Source: Candidatus Saccharimonadales bacterium
GTDB lineage: Bacteria; Patescibacteriota; Saccharimonadia; Saccharimonadales; EFPC-124
Reading direction: 5' to 3'
DNA length: 64,000 nt
NCBI GenBank assembly: GCA_035710125.1
Contig: DASTDY010000070.1
Span: forward strand, 25,396-89,395
In this document: piece by piece, positions 26,616 through 36,078 of the stretch
How the letters are laid out: each line of letters starts with the position of its first letter
Numbering within the stretch: the first letter of the stretch is position 1
Program-made: the position numbers and the translations under genes
Notes under the pieces: generated by a model
What the model was told of the DNA's origin: nothing
The model's database searches: none
Seen by the model: only the letters and a program-made list of their open reading frames with translations

Positions 26616-27866
26616 ATGGTAGAGTTAAATAAAGCAAAGATTATCATGAAAAAAACCGGAAAAAACAAGGAACTTCTTAGACCAGAGCAACTACTAAAAG
26701 AATTGTTGCTGTTCCGCAAGGGCCAGGGTCTTACGCACCTTAAGCTTAACGAGACAACGCAACTTAAACGCGTTGTAGCCACACACACTGGACTGCCAGA
26801 AAGGGAATTATCCGCCGGCCAACTCCACGCCTATTTGTTGTACGAAATAGAAAAACTAGGCCGCGGCCCAAAAACCGAGGCACTCAAACACGCCTTTGCC
26901 CTGACCGACAAAAATGCACAACCGACCTTAACAGAAAGAAGGCAAGACCTAGCGTTCCAACTTGGCCGCCACCCCGACACAATAAAGGCCTACGAAAACC
27001 AGGCGTTGCAAGAACTTGCGTACCGATTGAGCCGCGTTGACGAAAAGATAGTACCGCACACAACAAAAGCATCAGCCGCGCCCGCCGAGAGGCCCACGCC
27101 AGACCACCTTAGAGCGCTTAAAAACGCCGCCACAGAAAGCCTAACTGGCCTGTACTCTTTAGGTAAAAATGGTTCAAAAATCCTGCAAACACTAGGGCGG
27201 AGTAGCCATCCTTTTTTAGATGTTAACTATTATTGCGCGCTCTCTCCAAGCGATAAAGGCCCTAAATGGTATAAATTTGTTATAAAATACCAGTTCAAGA
27301 CCGCCAGGACAACGTTTAGGCTGGGCGCCTGTGCATCGCCGCTCGATACAGGCACGCTCATGGCCACAGGACTCGTAGACGACATAATCCAGTTCGACGA
27401 CAGCGCCGACTTATCCCACGAAACCTCTATGGAGGCCTGGCGCCTTGTGGTGCGTGACACACATAAAAACATATCAAAGACACTAGCATTTTCGGAACTA
27501 AGCAGGCAGGATACAAAGAACCTGCTCGAAGGCGTATGGCAACTCGACCCTTCCCATTGCCGGATTTTAGAGACAACAGTCCCAGAAGAATTCCATAACA
27601 GTAACGTCATATACGAAATCCGCGCCACGCTAGACCTCGACTTTGACGGACATTATGCGTTCTGGGAGGCTCCAAGCCTGATGTACCTCAACACAATAAA
27701 TATAGACTTATCTGGTTTTAGCAACCAGGGCGAATCACGTTTCTCGGTAAAGCCGTTTTTGGGTAATCTTTTTCCGGCGGTTATTGAGTCTGAGCAGCGT
27801 ATCTTTCATCTCTCGGTGAATAGTTGGATTACGTCGGGCCACGGGGTAGCTATAATCTGGCGTTAG
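26616..27866 (+). CDS. Hypothetical protein with a sigma-70 region-4/LuxR-like HTH segment near the N-terminus (possible regulator)
   Basis: TLTERRQDLAFQLGRHPDTIKAYENQALQELAYRL resembles sigma70_r4-type HTH. The C-terminal ~280 aa are unassigned. The start could be the internal MKKTGKN. Confidence 0.35.
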   Translation: MVELNKAKIIMKKTGKNKELLRPEQLLKELLLFRKGQGLTHLKLNETTQLKRVVATHTGLPERELSAGQLHAYLLYEIEKLGRGPKTEALKHAFALTDKNAQPTLTERRQDLAFQLGRHPDTIKAYENQALQELAYRLSRVDEKIVPHTTKASAAPAERPTPDHLRALKNAATESLTGLYSLGKNGSKILQTLGRSSHPFLDVNYYCALSPSDKGPKWYKFVIKYQFKTARTTFRLGACASPLDTGTLMATGLVDDIIQFDDSADLSHETSMEAWRLVVRDTHKNISKTLAFSELSRQDTKNLLEGVWQLDPSHCRILETTVPEEFHNSNVIYEIRATLDLDFDGHYAFWEAPSLMYLNTINIDLSGFSNQGESRFSVKPFLGNLFPAVIESEQRIFHLSVNSWITSGHGVAIIWR

Positions 27867-28468
27867 CGGGCTTCTTTTTTGTTTGCCTTTTGCCGCTTAA
27901 GTTTTGGCGCAGCTGTTCTGCGGGTTCGCAGAACCTTAAGATGTACCAAAGCCTTTTGCAGCCTCGCCTTAAGCTGGTCTCGGCGCAGTAGCGCCAATCC
28001 CGCTCCCAGACCAAACAAAAAGACTATGGCCGTATGGGCAATAAAAATAAGCAGGCTCTCGCCCAATCCCTTTTGGACTGCAATCGGAAACTCGGCGTGA
28101 GACACCTGTTTATCGTTATCTATAAAACTCAGGGTGAGCGTGTATGCTCCTTGGTGAGGGTAGGTGAAGGTTAAATTTGCATCGTTGTTTGCCGAAAAAG
28201 GTAAATCTTGGGCTTGTAACAAAGAGTCGCCCTGCTTCATTGTGGCATGTACTTTCTGGAAAGGCACCAACTGACCCCCTAAGCTATATAGCCGTATATT
28301 ATAGGAAATAGGAATACCCGACACAGCGTCGTGCACATTATGCGTGACCATGACCATATTAGCGCCATCAATATATTTAAAAGTATAAATAGAACCATGG
28401 GCCGCGGCCGATGTGGCCGTTACTAGCAAAAAGATAGTTGTAGCAGCGAGGTAGCGGAGTAGTTTCAT
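27863..28468 (-). CDS. Hypothetical secreted/membrane-anchored protein (signal peptide + C-terminal TM and basic tail), co-oriented just downstream of the giant protein gene
   Basis: N-terminal signal MKLLRYLAATTIFLLVTATSAAA. C-terminal TM AIVFLFGLGAGLALL followed by a K/R-rich tail. The gap to the upstream gene is 1 nt. Confidence 0.45.
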   Translation of the reverse strand: MKLLRYLAATTIFLLVTATSAAAHGSIYTFKYIDGANMVMVTHNVHDAVSGIPISYNIRLYSLGGQLVPFQKVHATMKQGDSLLQAQDLPFSANNDANLTFTYPHQGAYTLTLSFIDNDKQVSHAEFPIAVQKGLGESLLIFIAHTAIVFLFGLGAGLALLRRDQLKARLQKALVHLKVLRTRRTAAPKLKRQKANKKEAR

Positions 28469-28469
28469 G

Positions 28470-31400
28470 TTACAGTGCGGTGTTCATATCTGTTTGGATT
28501 TCTGACTGGTTAAGCGCACGGTTATACACGCGGATTTCATCAAGCTGGCCGGCAAAATATTCGCCCCACACGGCGTTACCGCCAAATTTGAGCGGATTCG
28601 TAGATGTGTACAGATTGCCTGTGGTGGCCTGTGTCTTTACAAGCACACCATTTACATATAGCCGCATATTTGTGCCGTCATACGTAGTCGCCAAGTGGGT
28701 CCAGGTGTTGAGCGCAAGCCCAGAAGTACCAGTCACAGATTTAGAGCTGCCCGAAGTTGGATTAGTGCGCAGCCACCCAGACGGCCGGTTAGTACTTTCG
28801 CGGGCGTACAGTGCATAGGCAAGCTCGCTCCCGTTTTCTTTTAGCATCACCGTGCGCCAACCCGAATTTGCAGTTGGACGTACCCAGGCTTCAAGGGTAA
28901 AGCGGTTAAGGTCAAGGCTGTTGGAATCTGGCACGCTTACGTAGTCGTTCGTACCATCGAACGCAAGCGCCTTGCCAAACTTGCCAGCCGCATACCAAGT
29001 GGCCTGGAATATGCTGCCGTGGTTGCCATTACCAGACTGGTCCGAAACAGCGCTGCCCGAGCCTTCATTAAAGCCATAAGATGCAACTAAGCCACCGCCG
29101 CCCGTGTTATTAACAGTTACGGTTACCGCAGACGAAATAGTTACATTACCTGCCGCATCGCGCGCCACCGCAGTAAGCGAGTGGCTACCATTACTCACAG
29201 ATTGCGTGCTCCACGAAGCGCTAAAGGGGCTACTTGTGTCTTCCGGTCCTACATTAGTACCATCTACTTTAAACTGTACACCAGCTACGCCCACATTGTC
29301 TGACGCGTTAGCAGTCACGGTAATCGTACCGCTCACAGTGCTACCATTTGCGGGTGACGTCATTGTTATGGCCGGCGCTTGCGTGTCGGGAATTGTGGTG
29401 GTAAACGTCATGTCGCCAGATGTTGCTAAGTTTCCGGCTGCGTCGCGGCTTTTAACGCGGTAATGGTAAAGTGTGCCTGTGGTTAGCCCCGTAAGTTGCT
29501 GCGAGTGCGCAGTAACAAGGGCGGTATTGAGCGTAGTAGAGGATCCGTAAGAGGTGGTAGTGCCGTATTCTATTTGGGAATCAGCAGTTTCATTGGTATT
29601 CCAAGTTATTGTTGCGGAGTTACTTGTAATATTTGTAGATTGAATATCGCTAACCGCGGGGGCGGTGGTGTCAGGGCTGCCTAGGCGTACAATTTTAGCT
29701 TCCGATGGCACGCCGCGGCTATCTACAATAAAGACCATGTAGTGGTTATCGGGGGCTAAATTTGCATTCGCGGGGGTATTTACCGTTATGGTGTCGCCGT
29801 TTTGGGTGAATGGCAATTCCATAAAATGCTGGTTCCAGTCGGTGGCATGAGTAACAGAGGCTAATGTAGACATTGTAACCTTACTTACATCTGCCGCATT
29901 AGGGGAGGTGAGATTCATGGTAGCGTTGTGCTGGATATTAGTTGGTGCGCTCGTAATGGTTGGCCGCGCACCTTGGAACATGTATGGCGGAGAGTAAATC
30001 TGTGCATTTAATTGGTCGCTCGCAGGAGATAGCCGCCCGCCGCCCGACGACAAAACACGGCCGTCAGGCAACAAAATTGAAACCGAGTGGTACATACGTG
30101 GCTTCGCAGGCGCCGCCATCTGCGACCAGCTATTTGTTGCAGGATCCCACTGTTCTGCCGTGACGGTAGCTTTTTGCTCGCGGGCAAAGTCGCTCACAAT
30201 GGTTGCACCACCTATGGCCAAAGCCTTGCCAGTAGGCAGCATGGTAACGTTATGGAAAGAACGGCCTTGGTTCATATCGCCACCGTTACTCCATACTGGC
30301 GAGCCGCTGGTCATGTCGAGTATTCTTGTGGTTCTTTGTGAGTCCACAGCATTAGGGTCGTCTGGCATGTCGTGGTAGTCGTTAAATGTGAGGCCGCCGC
30401 CGGTAATTAAGTACTTGCCTGGCGCAAATGACGTCCACACACCATACGGACGCTCAGAAGTCCCAACCCGTTGCCACGTAGAGTTAGCGGGATCGTAAAT
30501 CATAACACCGCCATGTTCGGCCGAAATAGACATAATTTTGCCAGACGGGAGCAGCGTAGTTTGCGGATACTGGATCTCGGCAAGCTCAGGGGTGGTAAAC
30601 GGCAGCTGGGTTATAGTGTTGCTTATAGGATTAAAAATCTCTGGCGTATTAGAAAAACTACCGTTAACAGATTGTCCGCTAAAAGTGACCATGCGGTTGT
30701 CGGCCATTTGCGTCACACTCGGGTACCACCTGGCAAAACCCATGTCTGGCCGACGGGTCCAGCTCTTTGTGATAGGGCTAAAGGTGTACACCGTTTTTGT
30801 ACCGAGCGTGCCGCTAAAGGAATGCCCGCCCATTACCACAAGTTCGCCGTTAGAACCCGTAGCTTGGCCAGCACAAAACAATTCGCTGTTTGGAACACTG
30901 AGAGGCACGTTTGTCCAGGTGTTCGTAACGTAGTTCCAAAGCTTTGCGTTTGTAATGGCCGAATCTTCCCAGGCGTCCCACATTAATATTTCGCCGGTGT
31001 GGAACAGCGTTGCATGCACCGAAACAAGCGGCCAGTCCATGGTCTGGCTCCACTCACCAAGCACAGCGCGCGGGTCGGAATTTTGCACAGTTATGGTAAT
31101 GGGGGCCGACGTGGTTTGGTTCAAAGAATCACGGGCGCGGGCGGTGAGGGTATGCGTGCCATTGCTCACAGGCTGCGTGTTCCAGCTCACGCTATAGGGC
31201 GCGGTTGTGTCTTCGCTTCCCAGTGCGGTGCCATCTAGTAAAAACTGGACCCCGAGCAGGCTGGTCTCGTCTGCGGCGTCGGCAGTGACAACCACCGTAT
31301 TTTGTACCGTCGAATTGTTGGCAGGGGAGGTAACCGACACAGTGGGCGGGGTAGTATCGGGGGCGGTAGTACTAAACGAAAGAGTGCCGCCCGAGCCTGC

Positions 31401-32795
31401 AATCTCGGCGTGAGCACCGTCGGCAACTATAAATTCAAGCGAGTGGGCGCCGCCAGGGACGTCTAATAATGTATACGACTGGTCGCCGTCAGCATTGAGG
31501 TCCATTTTAGTGGGGCCGCCATCTAGCCTAAAATGGGCGTGTTTGCCATTTGTCCAATCGCCAGCGCGCGTATATGTTATTGTCACGTTGGTAGCTGCAA
31601 CATTCTGCCCCGCAGTTGGCTGGGTGATGGCAAGTTTTGATGGATTATTAGTAGTTACGTTAACGGGCGAGCTGGTTGTGACATTGCCCGTGGTATCAGT
31701 CGCTACGGCTGTAATCGTATGGGCTCCATCGAACAAGTTAGCAGTATCCCAACTCACACTGTAAGGCGCGGTTGTATCGGCAGCGCCGAGGTTATTGTTA
31801 CCAAGCTTAAACTGGACACTCGCTATTGCATTGTCGTCTGTAGCATCGGCCGTGATAGATACCTGGCCCGATACAACCGACGTATCGGCCGGACTGGTTA
31901 TGTTTACTGCGGGCGGCGTGATGTCATTCACAAATGAGGCGTACATAGAAAACGTTACATTTTGCCCTGTAAACGACCCAAACGAAGCCGGCCATGTGCC
32001 AAAAATTTGGCCACTCGAGCTCCAGCCGCTTACGCCGCCATCTGCATAATGCATATTGTTCACACTCGAGCTGGTCCCATTAGTGTTATAGGCAATAAAA
32101 TAGCTCGTGTTTGGTGCGAGCGTGGCAGTTATGGGCAGCGTATTCCAACTATTTGCCACAAGCGTTCCGCTTGCGGTGCTGGCAATTAATGCACCAGGCA
32201 CACTACCGTTGGCGGCATAAAGCGCGAGCTGAAAACTGCGGTTACCAAGCGATGGGTCTACCGCACCCACATGCACAGAAAGCGAGGCGACTTTGCCTCC
32301 TGCCACGGTAGTAAACCGGCTCGCGTTCATTGTGTTTGAGTTAGAGCTATCAGTAGAAGAGCCAGGAGTGGTGGTGCCGAGCGGCGTTATAAAAGTCCGG
32401 TTTTGCGACAAAGCTAAATCGCCCGACGAATCACGGCTTTTTACTCGGTAATTATAAAGTTGGTTGGCTACCAAGCCGGTAATTTGCTGGCTGTGGCTTG
32501 TGACAAGCTGGGTGTTTAGTGTGGTGGAAGACCCATAGGCGGTTGTGGTGCCGTAATCAATCTGGGTGTCTGCCGGAATGTCGGTAGTCCAATTTACCGT
32601 CGCGCCCGACGTGGTCAAATTAGAAGTTGCAACACCGCTAATAACAGGGGTAGCAGCATTAGCCGAGGTAAGAATAAAAAGCGAAACAATCAAACAGGCA
32701 ACAACACATGCTGCGACGATCCTGAATAACGGAGTAGTGATCAGCCGTAGGATAGATGCCGCATATATACGCATATTGGTCCTTAAGCTCATCAT
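28470..32795 (-). CDS. Giant (1441 aa) secreted multidomain protein: FN3/Ig-like repeats + glyoxal/galactose-oxidase-like kelch beta-propeller (+DUF1929-like) + FN3/Ig repeats + C-terminal LamG (concanavalin A-like, Laminin_G_3) domain
   Basis: N-terminal TM/signal. Repeated ATV(N)WTT...DYGTTTAYGSSTT FN3-like blocks. Central WSQTMDWPLVSVHATLFHTGEILMWDAWEDS...GGHSFSG...WYPS... matches glyoxal-oxidase N-terminal propellers. The C-terminus GNHGSI...GKALAFDGTNDYVSVPD...FTLEAWVRP...WTHLATTYDGTNMRLYVNGVL...GQLDEIRVYNRALNQSEIQ is classic LamG_3. Confidence 0.7.
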   Translation of the reverse strand: MMSLRTNMRIYAASILRLITTPLFRIVAACVVACLIVSLFILTSANAATPVISGVATSNLTTSGATVNWTTDIPADTQIDYGTTTAYGSSTTLNTQLVTSHSQQITGLVANQLYNYRVKSRDSSGDLALSQNRTFITPLGTTTPGSSTDSSNSNTMNASRFTTVAGGKVASLSVHVGAVDPSLGNRSFQLALYAANGSVPGALIASTASGTLVANSWNTLPITATLAPNTSYFIAYNTNGTSSSVNNMHYADGGVSGWSSSGQIFGTWPASFGSFTGQNVTFSMYASFVNDITPPAVNITSPADTSVVSGQVSITADATDDNAIASVQFKLGNNNLGAADTTAPYSVSWDTANLFDGAHTITAVATDTTGNVTTSSPVNVTTNNPSKLAITQPTAGQNVAATNVTITYTRAGDWTNGKHAHFRLDGGPTKMDLNADGDQSYTLLDVPGGAHSLEFIVADGAHAEIAGSGGTLSFSTTAPDTTPPTVSVTSPANNSTVQNTVVVTADAADETSLLGVQFLLDGTALGSEDTTAPYSVSWNTQPVSNGTHTLTARARDSLNQTTSAPITITVQNSDPRAVLGEWSQTMDWPLVSVHATLFHTGEILMWDAWEDSAITNAKLWNYVTNTWTNVPLSVPNSELFCAGQATGSNGELVVMGGHSFSGTLGTKTVYTFSPITKSWTRRPDMGFARWYPSVTQMADNRMVTFSGQSVNGSFSNTPEIFNPISNTITQLPFTTPELAEIQYPQTTLLPSGKIMSISAEHGGVMIYDPANSTWQRVGTSERPYGVWTSFAPGKYLITGGGLTFNDYHDMPDDPNAVDSQRTTRILDMTSGSPVWSNGGDMNQGRSFHNVTMLPTGKALAIGGATIVSDFAREQKATVTAEQWDPATNSWSQMAAPAKPRMYHSVSILLPDGRVLSSGGGRLSPASDQLNAQIYSPPYMFQGARPTITSAPTNIQHNATMNLTSPNAADVSKVTMSTLASVTHATDWNQHFMELPFTQNGDTITVNTPANANLAPDNHYMVFIVDSRGVPSEAKIVRLGSPDTTAPAVSDIQSTNITSNSATITWNTNETADSQIEYGTTTSYGSSTTLNTALVTAHSQQLTGLTTGTLYHYRVKSRDAAGNLATSGDMTFTTTIPDTQAPAITMTSPANGSTVSGTITVTANASDNVGVAGVQFKVDGTNVGPEDTSSPFSASWSTQSVSNGSHSLTAVARDAAGNVTISSAVTVTVNNTGGGGLVASYGFNEGSGSAVSDQSGNGNHGSIFQATWYAAGKFGKALAFDGTNDYVSVPDSNSLDLNRFTLEAWVRPTANSGWRTVMLKENGSELAYALYARESTNRPSGWLRTNPTSGSSKSVTGTSGLALNTWTHLATTYDGTNMRLYVNGVLVKTQATTGNLYTSTNPLKFGGNAVWGEYFAGQLDEIRVYNRALNQSEIQTDMNTAL

Positions 32796-32918
32796 AGTGC
32801 AAGAAACTTACAATAACAATAAAAAAGTTAAAAATGCCGCAATCTTTACTTTAAAAATTGCCCAGAAGAGGACTAGGCTTTTAAGAGCCTGTGCCATCGA
32901 TGGATTACGTTGGTTATC

Positions 32919-34142
32919 CTAGCCGTGCTTAACTTTAGAAACGGTAAGAATGTATTCTCGGCTGTCGGTTTGGCTTGAATGGAGTAGGTAGAAATCGTTG
33001 CGGTCAAATTGCTCGTTAACGTCGGCGGCGGTTTGCTGGAGACCTCGCCATGTCAGAATAGTGTCACCTTTATTAAAATGTATCGGACGTTCTCCGTCCT
33101 CAAACTTGAGCTTAATAGTAAGCGACACGTTCAGACGAATTTGCTCAAACCGCTGTTTAAGTTTGGGATCATACCCCAACTCAACTTTGTAGTATGTGCT
33201 GTCTATGCCCAAAAGGTTTACAACAAGTCCGTGTATTGCAGCTAGCCGCGTTTCACCTGGTTTTAGGTCAAAATCAAAAAAGCTTCGGGTGGCTTCTGTA
33301 TCAAGCTTTGTAGAGTGAATAAGGATATCGTTAATACCCATGCTGTCATGGATAATTTTAAGTCCACTGTCTGGTTTTCGCATGTTTGAGAGCGTGCCAC
33401 CAAGCAGCAAAACTAGATTAACAGTTTCCTTAGCGTCACTTTGTGCGTACTCCCGAATAAAAAGGTCAGAAAAACGGTCATAATTTATATCGTGTTCATA
33501 ACCTTCAAAAGCAACAGTGTCACCAAACCATTTTTTTATATTGATACGGGCGATAGCCAACATAGTTGGGCTCACATCCAGGGCGATATACCGACCCAAT
33601 TTTTTAGCGTCTAGAAGGTGAGTGAGCAGCCCTTTTACTGGATATGCATTACCCACACCGACATCAATAACATTTACTCGTTTATAGCGGTCGAGCAGGT
33701 TATCTATATAGCTCTGGTTAGCCTTGAGAAGCCTTACAGTGCTGTTAACAAGGTTGGGTGACTCTTCACCATCGAGGCGTTCTGCATATTTATCCCAATA
33801 ATTAGCACCGCCATCAAAATAATTGTATTGGCGTGGAATCTCATGATGGATTTCTAGGTTGGTTGCGATATCAAAAATCTGCTTCTGGCTGTATGTCTCA
33901 TAAAACTCAGGCAAAGGTTCAACTGTTTTAATCGCAATGGAGTTGCGGTACTTGCGCCTGCTTTCGGTTAGCTCGGAGAGCATATCAATGTTTCTTGCGA
34001 TATTTGCAACATATAGCTTATCGCCCTCACGATGGAGTGTAAGGTCTAATTTGCCCTCTCGGGTCTCGTCGATCCAGTTATGAACTGTTCTAAGAGATAC
34101 AGCGTACTTTTTGGCGAGATCACTATGTTTAAAATAAAGCAT
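32919..34142 (-). CDS. HTH (excisionase/MerR-like) domain fused to an EgtD-like SAM-dependent methyltransferase (Methyltransf_33 family), in an AT-rich islet
   Basis: N-terminus LYFKHSDLAKKYAVSLRTVHNWIDE (HTH). Then YNYFDGGANYWDKYAERLD...ESPNL (cf. EgtD YFYDerGSeLFEqIt.lPEYY), VIDVGVGNAYPVKGLLTHL (cf. LVELGSGss.Ktr.LL), RYIALDVS (cf. YvPvDIS) and LLLGGTLSNM (cf. GSTIGNf). About 40% GC. Confidence 0.5.
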   Translation of the reverse strand: MLYFKHSDLAKKYAVSLRTVHNWIDETREGKLDLTLHREGDKLYVANIARNIDMLSELTESRRKYRNSIAIKTVEPLPEFYETYSQKQIFDIATNLEIHHEIPRQYNYFDGGANYWDKYAERLDGEESPNLVNSTVRLLKANQSYIDNLLDRYKRVNVIDVGVGNAYPVKGLLTHLLDAKKLGRYIALDVSPTMLAIARINIKKWFGDTVAFEGYEHDINYDRFSDLFIREYAQSDAKETVNLVLLLGGTLSNMRKPDSGLKIIHDSMGINDILIHSTKLDTEATRSFFDFDLKPGETRLAAIHGLVVNLLGIDSTYYKVELGYDPKLKQRFEQIRLNVSLTIKLKFEDGERPIHFNKGDTILTWRGLQQTAADVNEQFDRNDFYLLHSSQTDSREYILTVSKVKHG

Positions 34143-34236
34143 ATTCCTATTAATTCTTCACAACTTTACTAATTTAATATCTTGTATGTTTCACATTTGC
34201 TATGTTAACATAAGATTAAGAGTTAATACTACTGGT

Positions 34237-34262
34237 AATCGTATCAGCTACAAATCGTATCA
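34237..34262. promoter_or_regulatory. 10-bp direct repeat aatcgtatca x2 (34237-34246, 34253-34262) in the divergent promoter region between the HTH-methyltransferase and the small ORF
   Basis: Read directly. A 16-bp centre-to-centre spacing is compatible with an operator for the HTH domain (inference). Confidence 0.25.
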
Positions 34263-34329
34263 TCTCTACCACCTTTGTTCAAGGTGCTGTGAACGTTGAA
34301 ACCATTTAAAGCAAAGTGAGGAATGTTAT

Positions 34330-34623
34330 ATGTCAACCGACACCATAAACGCAAACACACAACAACTACAGTGTAAACCCGCTCAATATCCGATTGCCGA
34401 AATAGAGATCGCCCCTCACGAGAATTCATTAGTGGTATTAAATACATACGAAGATAAAAAACAACCAAAAGGCTTTTGTGTAGAGTTTGAACAAGATGTT
34501 GATACAGAAGAGCTTGTAAAAGTAGAAGTTTTTACCCGCGATGTAAAAGGCGGGTTCCAATATCTGCTTTCTGTTGTTAACAAAACTAGCCAAACGCTGG
34601 GTATTGGCGTAAGCGTTCTTTAA
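34330..34623 (+). CDS. Hypothetical small protein (97 aa), AT-rich islet
   Basis: ORF MSTDTINANTQQLQCKPAQYPIAEIEIAPHENSLVVLNTYEDKKQPKGF... preceded by a GAGG-type RBS (aagtgaggaatgttatATG). No family recognised. Confidence 0.35.
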   Translation: MSTDTINANTQQLQCKPAQYPIAEIEIAPHENSLVVLNTYEDKKQPKGFCVEFEQDVDTEELVKVEVFTRDVKGGFQYLLSVVNKTSQTLGIGVSVL

Positions 34624-34683
34624 ATAAAAGAGGGCCCCAGAAGGGGCGCAGACAGAGTTCGTCTGACAGCCTCTTTTGGGGCG

Positions 34684-35064
34684 CTAGCGGTGACGCCTGT
34701 GACCACGGTCGTAGGACGTCCCCTCGGCTTCTTCCACCTCTTCGAGTTCGTCCCTGAGCTTCTTGAGCTCGGCCTCGAACTCCTCGACGAACGCCATCTG
34801 GAACGGCGCTGCCTCGAGCTGGGCCAGCAGGGCCGGACGGTCGAGGCACTCGGCCGCCTTGCTGCCCGGTTGCACACCGTCGAGCTGCGCCTTGATGAGC
34901 TCGTACGAGTCCATGGCCTTCTTGAGTCGATCGGACAACGCCTGTAACGTCCGCGCCTCGCGGTCGCTGTCGGCCTGGACCTCGGCGAAGGTCTTTTCGT
35001 CGCCTCCAGGGGGAAGCGAGCTGCCGATTGCACGAAGCGCGGCGAGCACATTGCTGTCGAGCAT
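34684..35064 (-). CDS. Hypothetical alpha-helical acidic protein; last gene of a four-gene high-GC operon
   Basis: 126-aa ORF at about 65% GC, E/A/L-rich. Same strand as the three upstream ORFs. Upstream RBS-like GGAG noted. Confidence 0.35.
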   Translation of the reverse strand: MLDSNVLAALRAIGSSLPPGGDEKTFAEVQADSDREARTLQALSDRLKKAMDSYELIKAQLDGVQPGSKAAECLDRPALLAQLEAAPFQMAFVEEFEAELKKLRDELEEVEEAEGTSYDRGHRRHR

Positions 35065-35247
35065 CTGCGGATCCTTAGTTCTCAGAGAGTGGATTTTGCA
35101 ATTACATGCCCCAATATTATAAATTCTATATACAGATCTGTCAAGAGTTGTTTATATAAAACACCCCTGGTTTAAACCCACACTTTCATTAAAAGAAGAG
35201 TGGGTCTGGGGCAGCGACTAACTGCCCCAGGAACCCGCGTTACCTTG

Positions 35248-36078
35248 CTATACAGCCCTGAGTTTTTTGCTTGCTTTGCTAACGAGCTTCTTTGCAGATG
35301 CGATCCCTGCTTTAATGTCGCTCGTGTCAGAAAACTTGCCGGCCTCTTTGTGCGCCTGTTTGGATGTAGCGGCGACACTCTCTAGATCGCTCGCGTCGGG
35401 CAATGAATCGGATGACTCTAGGTCTACTGCTTGCAGCTGCGACAGCACGGTGTCGAGTGGCGTGCTGTCTGGCACCTCGAAGGTGCTGATCATGCCCTTG
35501 CATTCGCCAATCTTGTCGCACGCAGCCGAAACACCGCCATGAGCGTTTTCGACTGCCTTGCTGGCAATCTCAGTCCGATCTCGGATTTTCTCGGCTGGCG
35601 GCAAGGCTGGATGTTTTGGCCCGAGTTCTTCCTCGAGCCTTTTACGGCGGCTCTCGGCCTCTTGGAGCAGTCCAGATGCCTTGCTCGCAGCATCGCCGAT
35701 TATCCCGGCGCATCCATCATCTGAACCTGCACCCACCGCAGCCGAAAGCTGCTTTGCATCTTCTAAGGCCTTCTGGCGATACTGCTTTGCCAACCGGAGC
35801 CCTTCTTTTGCCCCAGCTACTACCCGAATCACTTCTTCGAATAAAGATCTGGCTCTAGCCTGGGCTGCATCGTCTGCCTGGCTGCGTAGAGTGGCGATTT
35901 CTTTCAGGTTTTCTACCACGGTCACCAGCGGAGTGCAGACATCTTCGAGAGTGTTTTCTAGCAGCGCAACCGAAGACTTTAAGGGCAACACCTGATCGAG
36001 CGCACCGTTGAGCTTCTGGGCTGCACCTTCGAGCTTACCGGCAAGTTGCTTCGTCTGAGACCGCACAGATTCAGTCAT
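35248..36078 (-). CDS. Hypothetical coiled-coil protein (A/E/K/L-rich); third gene of the high-GC operon
   Basis: 276-aa ORF. Its start overlaps the upstream ORF by 8 nt (36071-36078), indicating operon coupling. No motif recognised. Confidence 0.4.
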   Translation of the reverse strand: MTESVRSQTKQLAGKLEGAAQKLNGALDQVLPLKSSVALLENTLEDVCTPLVTVVENLKEIATLRSQADDAAQARARSLFEEVIRVVAGAKEGLRLAKQYRQKALEDAKQLSAAVGAGSDDGCAGIIGDAASKASGLLQEAESRRKRLEEELGPKHPALPPAEKIRDRTEIASKAVENAHGGVSAACDKIGECKGMISTFEVPDSTPLDTVLSQLQAVDLESSDSLPDASDLESVAATSKQAHKEAGKFSDTSDIKAGIASAKKLVSKASKKLRAV

